A stretch of 64,000 nt of DNA, from contig OX597817.1 of the NCBI GenBank assembly GCA_951406725.2, positions 44,888,001 through 44,952,000 on the forward strand, given 5' to 3'. How positions within the stretch are numbered: position 1 is the first letter of the stretch; each line of letters begins with the position of its first letter. The notes under the pieces were generated by a model. That model saw nothing but the letters and a program-made list of their open reading frames with translations. It searched no databases and was not told where the DNA came from. This DNA is from Octopus vulgaris. Taxonomy: Eukaryota. Shown here one piece after another: positions 54,770 to 64,000 of this stretch. The position numbers were made by a program, and so were the translations under genes.

Positions 54770-56847
54770 CTAAGCTTTGTAGTATTTGAAAGTATTAATA
54801 AGTTTGTGTATACAGGATGGTTTGAACTCTGACCTTTTGTTAATAAGATTGTGTTTGTCTTTGAATTTCAAGATGTTCAGGAGTTCTACACAACATAGTT
54901 GGCATCCTGCTCTATTATTTAAATAAGGTGCAGCTGATCCGATGATGGACCACCTGAGTTTGAAGCCTATGCATTTGTCTTTTAATTCCCAAATTTTTTT
55001 AGGAAGGGAGGTGCTGTTAGCCTATGTCTGTGTTTCAGCGATGACCGGTGGTTGTAGTATCTGGATTTCCAGGATGTTGAGCAACCTATGTAGGTGAGTG
55101 TGTTAAACTGGGTACTCACCTCACATGAATATATTACGTTTTTCGCCCTACATGCGCCCTGTAGCGGGCACTCTGATGCACATCTGCAGTTGCATTGCTT
55201 TGCATTATTCGGTCGTGTGCTGCTAATCCCAGGTGGAGGTGTTGCAATACGAGTGGGGGCGTTGATATCCTCCTGGTTGTTGATGGGTGTAGTATTTCCT
55301 CTGTTGTGTTGGCGGGTGTTATTACTAACTGTTTGGGCAGTATGGCTGCCAGTCTGGTTATATTGTCTACTATCTGGATGAGGGGGGTTCTGTTGGTCGC
55401 TATAGCTTGCTCTTGATCTAGCTGTTCTAATATTAATATAGTTATGTTTAACTATGAGGCAGCTCATGTTGGGCAGGGTAGAGTAGGAAATCCTAATGGT
55501 TTTGTTGGAGAAGATACTTCTATACTTATGGGTGGGTGGGTGGGAAGTTGTTGGAAATGATAGAGAATATTCTCTTACATAACTTACCCCTAACTGCTAA
55601 GTTATAAGGTATGTTGAACCATATATATTTGCGTGATCTACTATTATCCCTTCTATTTCTCGTAATAGGATCTATATTGCTCTCGTCGGGAGGGTTACTA
55701 TTGTGTGCTATTCTATTAGTTCGCCTATTTCCTATACGTTGTTTGGAGTTTAAATTAGAATTATCGCTAGTGTGAGTTGAGTGCGGAGTTCGATTATAAT
55801 TGGGAGTTTTATCGCCGACGGACGTTCCCGGGTGGTCTACATATGATATTCTCTGGTTATACCCGGCACTATAGAGAGCCTGGTTGTAGTGTTGTGCGTG
55901 ATTATTGAAAATTTCTCTATTAGAGGATAGTTTTGTAAGTCTGTCTGAGATGGCTTGGACCGTGGTGCTAATTATACAGGGTGGATTGTTGGAAGAGGTA
56001 TGGATGTATTTGGTAGTTTCTTCGGGTTTCCTATACGGGTGGTGAAGGTGCTTATTCAAGTCTAACGTAACATCTAAGAAGTTTACTATTTTAGTATTGG
56101 TCATAAATTCTAGTTTAAGATTGAAGGATTTGAAAAAAAGCCTGATCTTTTTCCTAATTCTTTCTAGTTTACTCCTATTGTTGGTGGGGTATATGAAGAG
56201 AGCGTCGTCTCTGTATAGACCCCCCTGAAGATCTGGTACCTCGGAGAAAAGCTTCTTGAGCAGGTAGGCCCCGACCAAGTCAGTCACCTGAGCTGAATCG
56301 CTCGAGCCCATAGCCACATCAAAATTGTCGGGGGTATCGGATCTGGTCCAAAGTCTACCGTCGAATTCTATTATGGTTTTTCTAGCTAATAGTATTATGT
56401 CAATTTTTTCTCTGTCTATGAGTGAAAGGTTGCGGGCAAATATAAGGGATTTGTTAAGTAAGATGGGGGATATACTGGCGTAGTAGCTAGCTATGTCGAA
56501 TTGGATGAATGAGTAGTTGGGCCTATTGGTGATAGTGTTAAACCATTCTAGCACATCGTCGGTGTTAATCCATAGTTGGAGTGGGATGTGGGGTTTGATG
56601 CGTGGGATCACCTTGTCCAGGATAGTCTTGCTAAGTCTGCCGATATCCGATTTAGTCGGACAGATTAATCGTACTCCTACATTATCCGGGAAGTCTTTCT
56701 TATGGTCTTTAATAGTAATTTTGGGTACTTGTGGTTTAATAGGTTCCGTTCTGTCCAGGAGGTCTAATTTGCTCATAACTTCCTTGATTTTGTTGTTAAT
56801 TTCCTTAAGGTTATCCGTAGAAGTAGTTTTATATTTTTTGCTAAGTT
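54770..56847 (-). pseudogene. PLE polyprotein: RT + GIY-YIG endonuclease, 5'-truncated, frameshifted near 55530 and 55020
   Basis: QFDIASYY, VAMGS, LYRDD, VNFLDVTL, YRKP; CNC...CPLQGAC, NVIYSC..TYIGC..KSRYYNH. An extra GGGT unit at ~55530 could explain one shift. Confidence 0.92.
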
Positions 56848-57232
56848 CTTTTTACTTTTTACTTTTATTTCTATTTCTATTTTTACTTTATAACCTTTAC
56901 ATTCATTTATATTTCTTTATATTTCTTTATATTCTTTATACCCCCTTTACATCTCCTTATATCTTTATACTCTACATTTTTATATTTTTCTATACTTACA
57001 CTTTTTATACATTTTTTATCCCTCGTCCTGAATTCTCGCCCCTCCATCTTCACGTCTATATATGTATTTATTACTTCAACATCCAAATTTCCTCATTCTA
57101 CATTGAGAGAAGAAAGAGATGGACGCTTCAATTCTATGCTGCAGTCGCATTATGTCGTACGCGAATGAGAGGATTTGCATCCCCAACCAAGAATTTTTGA
57201 TGTAACACATGTCCTTGTGGAAGCTGTTGTGC

Positions 57233-57310
57233 GCGGCTGAAGAAGGCCACAGACATACATTATGCATTGTTATAAATCTGTCTAATAAAGGCCCGAAACA
57301 TATGTACCGC
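57233..57310 (+). ncRNA. Type-I hammerhead ribozyme in the inverted pseudo-LTR
   Basis: GCGG(57233)-CUGAAGA-AGGCC-ACAGA...UCUGU..GGCCC-GAAA-CAUAUG-U-A(57306)-CCGC. Confidence 0.87.
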
Positions 57311-57337
57311 TGAATCCTTCGCATCATGTTTTTATTT

Positions 57338-57382
<45 letters not shown>

Positions 57383-57396
<14 letters not shown>

Positions 57397-58731
57397 TGTA
57401 GTTGTGTGAGTGTATCTGTCCCCTTCGATTTAGATTCCTAACTACTCCCACATTTTGCGGTGCAGTTTAGCCAAATTCGGGTATCTTATAGTCGTGATTC
57501 ATATCAAGCCCGTCTGAGTATTAGCGCGCGTCTACAATGAGTCTACGATTTTAAAAATAATTTAACATCATTTTTTATTCCATTTTAATGCATAATTTTT
57601 CGTGTGTCGATGGCGGCGGAGTTGGCGTCCATGGTCACACCTGCACCTGTGTTGCTTCTCCCCCTTCTTCCCTCCCTCGTGAAGCTGTGGGGAAGGGAGT
57701 GTAAGGAAATCAACGTCGTAAAGCGTTGTCAAGGAGACCAGCGTTCTTTTAGAACAACGACTTCATGGCTTGAAGACACCAAAACAGAAATGGCTAAGAA
57801 AGCCCAAATTGGCATCTATAAGGGAAGTAACTCTCTAAAAATGCTTATATAGTTATTTCCCTTACAAACCCGTACAACGCCGGGCGATACTGCTAGTATA
57901 TATATAAAAGTGAAGTTGTGTGAGTGTCTGTCTCCTACGATTTAGATTCCTAACTACTCCCACATTTTGCGGTGCAGTTTCACCAAATTCGGGTATCTTA
58001 TAGTCGTGATTCATATCGAGCCCGTCTGCGTATTAGCGCGCGTCTACGATGAGTCTACGATTTTAAAAATAATTTACCATAATTTTTTTTTCCATTTTAA
58101 CGCATATATTTTCGTGTGTCGATGGCGGCGGAGTTGGCGTCCATGGTCACACCTGCACCTGTGTTGCTTCTCCCCCTTCTTCCCTTCCTCGTGAAGCTGC
58201 GGGGAAGGGAGTGTAAGGAAATCAACGTCGTAAAGCGTTGTCAAGGAGACCGGCGTTCTTTTAGAACAACGACTTCATGGCTTGAAGTCGCCAAAATGTG
58301 GGAGTAGTTAGGAATCTAAATCGAAGGGGACAGACACTCACACAACTACAGTTTTATATATATAGAAGTGAAGTTGTGTGTCTGTCTCCTACGATTTAGA
58401 TTCCTAACTACTCCCACATTTTGCGGTGCAGTTTAACCAAAACCGGTATCTTATAGTCGTGATTCATATCGAGCCCTTCTGGGTATTAGCGCGCGTCTAC
58501 GATGAGTCTACGATTTTAAAAGTAATTTATCATCCTTTTTTTCCATTTTAATGCATTTTTTTGCTATTATATAAGGGAAGTAACTCTCTAAAAATGTCTA
58601 CGATGAGTCAACGATTTAAAAAAATTTACTTTTTTTTCCATTTTTAATGCATTTTTTGGTCTATAACTCTCTAAAAATGCTTTATAGTTATTTCCCTTAC
58701 AAACCCGAGCAACGCCGGGCGATACTGCTAG
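57383..58731 (+). mobile_element. Non-autonomous Helitron-like tandem array (3 units plus an inverted 5' fragment)
   Basis: Units end in the GC hairpin CCCG..CAACGCCGGG followed by CGATACTG-CTAG|T (57896, 58731); 5' ends TATATATA(A/G)AA merge into (TA)n; no TIR or TSD. Confidence 0.85.
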
Positions 58732-58762
<31 letters not shown>

Positions 58763-59055
58763 TATATAGCTATAATAAATCTCTGAACGAGATTTAAACA
58801 GTAACTGCTCGACAACGTAAAGTATACTAGCCATCTCAATATGGTTAACCACTAAGGGTGGGTGTTACTGTAGCTTTTAGCCCCAGGAGATCATCGTATC
58901 CAGCTGGCTTTAGGTACACTTTCTTTCTATATATATATGTATAATGGAAGTGTAAAATTTATTAATCAAATTAATTAATTGATTAATCAATTAATTAACA
59001 ATTTTACCAAGTAGATCGGTACGTTAAAATAACCTTTATAGGTAAAATCATCCAC

Positions 59056-59262
59056 ATAATTATAACTAGGATTCAGCTAACTGCTTCACCACGTACCGAC
59101 ATTAGAAATAGGAGTTAAAACAAGGAATTCATTGTTTTTCTCTTTGCCTTCGTAAAAAAGTATGTTTACCGTCATGGACAATCTTATAGTAGCAGAAAAG
59201 GAATTTTTAACTCCTATTTCTAATTTCGGTATGTGGTGAAGCAGTTAGCTGAACCTTAATTA

Positions 59263-59270
<8 letters not shown>
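59056..59270. repeat. ~65-bp inverted repeat (59056-59120 / 59205-59270), related to the 49466-50358 family
   Basis: TTCAGCTAACTGCTTCACCAC..ATTAGAAATAGGAGTTAAAA and its reverse complement; shares TATTTCTAAT..TTCGGTATGTGGT with ~50190. Confidence 0.8.
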
Positions 59271-59313
<43 letters not shown>

Positions 59314-60226
59314 TAATGTTTCGGATTTACCGAAAAAGCTTAGCGTTTGCTGATTTTAACCCACGCTGGTGGAAAGGGGAGAGCAGAAATTCCTCGCTTG
59401 CATTTTTTGGGTATGCTGGCACTGTTAGTTTCGAGCAGATCTTCAGAAGCGATAGGAAGCCGAAAGGGTATGCTCCCACTTTCAGTGTTTTCAAATCCAA
59501 ACCAAGGAGTTCTGAGCTGATGACAGAAATGTCGAGTTTGAATGAGTTCAGTATGTGGCAAAGTAATTTATTTTACTAAGCCCTTTTATATAATATATAT
59601 ATATACATATATTTCTTTTTTGTCATATCAAAATATAAAGTGATACTTATAAATAGATTGATAGGTAAATTAATTAGAATTATTTGACTCTATGCACATT
59701 TACATGACATAAATTATATATTAAATAAATATTGAATAGTTATTCTTAGAATATAAATATAAATATAAATATTGAATAGATATTCTTAGAACCCGTGCAC
59801 ATCTAATCTGTAACAAATGGACAGTTATAATTGCATTGAATTTAAAAATCTAAAATTTTTAATTGGCATCTTCTAATTATACTAATAAAAATATAAATGA
59901 AATACCCTGATCAATTTATAATTTTATAATTTCACATATAATTTCAAATATAATGTTACTTTGCATTATTTAAGTGTATGAACTATATTTGGACTACAGG
60001 ACAATATAATGGATTTTATACATAATTATTATGGATTACAAGAGAAGACTTACCAAGGAGGCGTATTTGAATTTCATGATTCTCATACTAAAGTGTACTT
60101 ACCAAAATCAAAATCAGTAATTCTTAATTTTTAATTTATATTTCAAAGAAACACCATCTTTCCATATTACTTCGTAATTTAAAAAAAAAACTTCCATTCG
60201 ATAAATTATACAAATTTCACTTTTAT

Positions 60227-60316
60227 ATCTCTGAAGTGCAGAAGAGCTGTATATAAATGTTTATCAATATAGAATTTCATTATAGGGACAGAACTTCTGC
60301 GAAACGATCGTACGAT
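60227..60316 (+). ncRNA. Decayed hammerhead fold (core CUGAAGU)
   Basis: AUCU-CUGAAGU-GCAGAAG...CUUCUGC-GAAA-CGAUCG-U-A-CGAU; 7-bp stem II, palindromic stem III, one core and one stem I mismatch. Confidence 0.65.
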
Positions 60317-60490
60317 GTTTTAAAAACTTAATTAGAAACTTTTAAACTGTCATATTTACTATTATGTAGTTATACTTATAGATATTTACATATATTTATA
60401 TATATATTTCTATTTTGATATAAAAATTATTTTACACACATATATATCTTTCTGAGCAATTTTCTAACATTGATTCCTGATATTAATAAT

Positions 60491-60558
<68 letters not shown>

Positions 60559-60751
60559 GTGTGTATGTATATGTGAGTAATTCTGATTTTTTAAATAAAA
60601 TTTTCATTTGTCTTGCCCGCCTAATTGTTCTGGTGTCCGCTGAATTTTCCTCTACAGAACATTCTTTTCTTTGTAGTTTGATCGTTGATGATCTATTTCT
60701 AGCATACGGCAGACTACCTAATGGTCTTGCCCTTTGAATATACACATATAA

Positions 60752-60799
<48 letters not shown>

Positions 60800-61316
60800 G
60801 CATGTATGTGTTTATATAAGTAGTAAGTGTGCGTTTGTGAGTTTACTTCTCAATGTACATTGTATATAAAATGCGGTACCGCTGAGGGATTCTTTAGTTG
60901 GACTTTCACAACAAAAGTCTGGTAATATTTTACGCTTATATTAATCTTGTTGAGGCATTAGCTTTAACTTGTCATGCCGAGAAATATTTTTTCCCTTATA
61001 TTTCATTCTATTTCAAAGCAATTACTTTTCGTTTTATGTTTTACTTTCTTCATTCATTGGACTGCGGCCATGATGGGATAACATTTTGTAAAAAAAATTA
61101 CTGGAACACATCTATCCTAGTACTTAATTATCCAAGTGACTTCCTGATTCTATGAGTTCTGGTGATGAACCGGTACGTTAAGGGGGATAAACAATCTAGG
61201 ACTGCTGAACAAACACCGGACCATATAGACTCCCACATATTTATAAGATGTGCTTCCACGCAGTTTCCGTAGTCCATTTACCATATCTATTCACAAACTC
61301 ATTGGTGCATACACCC

Positions 61317-61369
<53 letters not shown>

Positions 61370-62563
61370 CCTGTAACTATTACCTCAATGTATTTTGACA
61401 GATGATATAACAAGTTCTCCACTTTAGCAAACTTAATTTCTCACACAGACACAAATTCACGATTTTGGCATTGGCTGTTTTATTTCGTCTTACAATTTAA
61501 ACTATTCGAAGTCACTTTTACTTTTCCACTACTTTAGTCGGCCCGAGGCTATAGTAGAAGACACTTGCCCAAGGTGCCACGCAGTGGGACTGAACCTGGA
61601 ACCACGTGCTTATCAACTAAGCAAACTGTGAGGTACTTCTAACCATATGATCTTCTGTTCCGCACATACGACGGGGCAAAGAGTTGCTTTGCCTGTGTTC
61701 TTTTCGGGGATCACTAGGCCCTTTACGTCCAAACAGAATACTCTCGCATATGTTTAGTTTTGGTAACTCGTGTATATATCTCGCACTTAGTGGGCCACAA
61801 GCTAACAACGAGTCAAATTACAAAATCTCCCGTGTATCAGTCTATCCAGTGCAGAAGGAACTGGTCTACACATGCACAGAATCCTGGATTAGCTTGTCTT
61901 CTTGATTCTGTATCGATTTTGAAAGCTAAACAGGCACTTTCATAAAACTAGATCCCTTTATCTCTCTTTTTTAAAGTCAATTTTGTCTCTCATTCGCAAA
62001 GCAGAGTGAAGTGACTTGGTTATAACTTTTGGACAACGAAGCATTTATTTTGATCACGTATTCCTGTCATGACATTGTTTTCATTGATAGTGGAAATTAA
62101 AAATTTCCGTATTGCCTTCCACAGAAACCAAATAGTCATTATCCTTGGTCTCTAAGTTAGAATTTTAGCTGAGAAGTATTTGGCTTTGACCACACGAGAT
62201 AATGCTATTGTTCTTTTTTTTCCAATGCCATATTTTGTAATATGTAAATTAATGTATTCACGTGTTAAAATTACGTTATTTGTTCCAGCTCTTTAATAAT
62301 GTTAATAGTTCTTTCTAATATCGTCACGCGCTAACAGATTTGATGGGAAGCTTTCGTTGATTAATTCAATCCACCGCTGAAATGGCACTTTGTTTCATGA
62401 AGCCCAAACATGACTTGAAAAGTTCAGGAAAGTGGGATTGGAACCCAAAATGTAACGAACCATAACAAACAACGCAAGGCAATTTGCAAACGATATTGCT
62501 AAAGGTGCTGAAGATCAAGAGGCTTCAACAAATTTCAGAAAGCGAAGAGACGAAATATAAAAA

Positions 62564-62965
62564 AGGCGCAGGAGTGGCTGTGTAAAAAGCAGCTTCCTTA
62601 TCAACCACATGGTTCCGGGTTCAGTCCCACTGCGTGGCAACTTAGGTTAGTGTCTTCTACTATAGCCTCGTGCCAACCAAAGCCTTGAGAGTGGATTTGG
62701 TAGACGGAAACTGAAAGAGGCCTGTCGTATATATGTATATATATGTATGTGTGTCTGTGTGTTTGTGTGTCTGTGTTTTTTTTCCCCAACATCGCTTGAC
62801 AACCGATGCTGGTGTGTTTGCTTCCCCGGACCTTAGCGGTTCGGCAAAAGAGACCAATCGAATAAGTACTAGGCTTACAAAGAATAAGTCCTGGAGTCAA
62901 CCTGATCGACTAAAGGCGGTGCTCCAGTATGGCCGCAGTTAAATGACTGAAACAAGTAAAGAGTG
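62564..62965 (+). mobile_element. SINE family B, full length
   Basis: tRNA-like head GGCGCAGGAGTGGCTGTG..GGGTTCAGTCCC, CORE-like segment, internal TA/TG tract, tail AAATGACTGAAACAAGTAAAGAG. Confidence 0.9.
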
Positions 62966-63164
62966 TTGCATCAAATAAACCAATGACGGTACATCATGAA
63001 ACACAGGTAAGGAATCCCAAAAATATGAAGTGAAAGTAAATTACAAAATTTGATTTACTCGTATGAAATGAAGTAACAAAACATGAAGTATCCAAGCACA
63101 AGAACCCCTAACAATCAACAAAACAGGAGCCAGACAAACAGAAAAAAAGAAAAAGCAATATATT

Positions 63165-63573
63165 CTTTTACTCTTTTGCTTGTTTCAGTCATTTGACTGC
63201 GGCTATGCTGGAACACCGCCTCAAGTAAAGCAAATCGACCCCAGGACTTATTCTTTGTAAGCCTAGTACTTATTCTATCGGTCTCTTTTGCCGAACCGCT
63301 AAGTTACGGCGACGTAAACACACCAGCATCGGTTGTCAAGCGATGTTGAGGGGACAAACACAGCCACACAAACATATACATACACACACACACATATATA
63401 TATATATATACATATATGCGACAAGCTTCTTTCAGTTTCCATCTACCAAATCCACTCACAAAGCTTTGGTCGACCCGAGGCTATAGTAGAAGACACTTGC
63501 TCACGGTGCCACGTATTAGGACTGAACCCGGAACCATGTGGTTGGTAAACAAGCTACTTACCACACAGCCACT
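63165..63573 (-). mobile_element. SINE family B, near full length
   Basis: Inverted copy of 62564-62965. Confidence 0.9.
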
Positions 63574-64000
63574 CAAAAATACTGAATTATAAATGCAGAA
63601 ATAATGAGTTTGATAATTTAAAAGTAAGTACAATGCAATAACTACGAACAATAGAGATCATTCATATGGACTGTTATAGCAGCCTCATAAGAATAAGAGA
63701 CAAATGTTGTGTAGCAGCAAATCTTTACGGAAAATTTGGTGATAAAGACTTTTAGAACCAACTTCTATAACACTATATAATATAAGAATATTCAGCTACA
63801 GCCAATGTAATTACATGGAAAGTAAGTTTGGTTTAAGATATATTCCAAAAGGAATATCAAAACCAAAGCAAATGATATGGAAATCGAATGTACGAAAATG
63901 GATAGGAAAAAAGAGAAAAATATATATTTCAATACTTATCGAAATCTGTAAAGACACGATACAGTTGAGAAAAGGAAGTGTCAGATAAATAGTTCAGGAA

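Larger units (their letters stand above)
52594..57341 (-). mobile_element. Penelope-like element with inverted pseudo-LTRs (52669-53190 / 56848-57341), inserted in (TA)n
   Basis: RT and GIY-YIG ORF on the minus strand; ~500-bp near-identical inverted arms, each with an HHR; (TA)n on both sides. Confidence 0.95.

Noticed and set aside
52683-57327. Duplicated 83-aa ORFs (52683-52934 and 57076-57327) as a small gene
   Set aside because: They are antisense readings of the pseudo-LTR across the HHR; the duplication is explained by the inverted repeat.

Overview
AT-rich, gene-poor eukaryotic DNA that is almost entirely microsatellites and transposable elements. The repeat repertoire (very long (TA)n, three tRNA-derived SINE families, Penelope-like elements, R4/Dong and CR1-group LINEs) suggests a mollusc, probably an octopus, but this is inference only. 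No host gene can be called with confidence, and most ORF-track entries are microsatellite translations ([14 protein letters not shown]). Real coding sequence is all retroelement-derived: two CR1-group LINE ORF2 copies (1-1448; 23612-25472), an intact 5'-truncated R4/Dong-type RT+RLE element inside (TAA)n (30200-32752), a near-complete Penelope-like element (PLE) with RT, GIY-YIG and inverted pseudo-LTRs (52594-57341), two more decayed PLEs, and Tx1/L1, CR1 and R4 fragments. Also present: a Tc1-type MITE, a non-autonomous Helitron array, multimeric SINE arrays with TSDs, and a 2.4-kb (GAAAATTTTC)-type satellite containing a LINE fragment. The main observation is a set of about ten type-I hammerhead-ribozyme (HHR) folds with palindromic stem III, from several different families. 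They sit in the PLE pseudo-LTRs and in small non-coding elements, many of them foldbacks, mostly in or beside (TA)n tracts. All structures were read by eye and none is validated.
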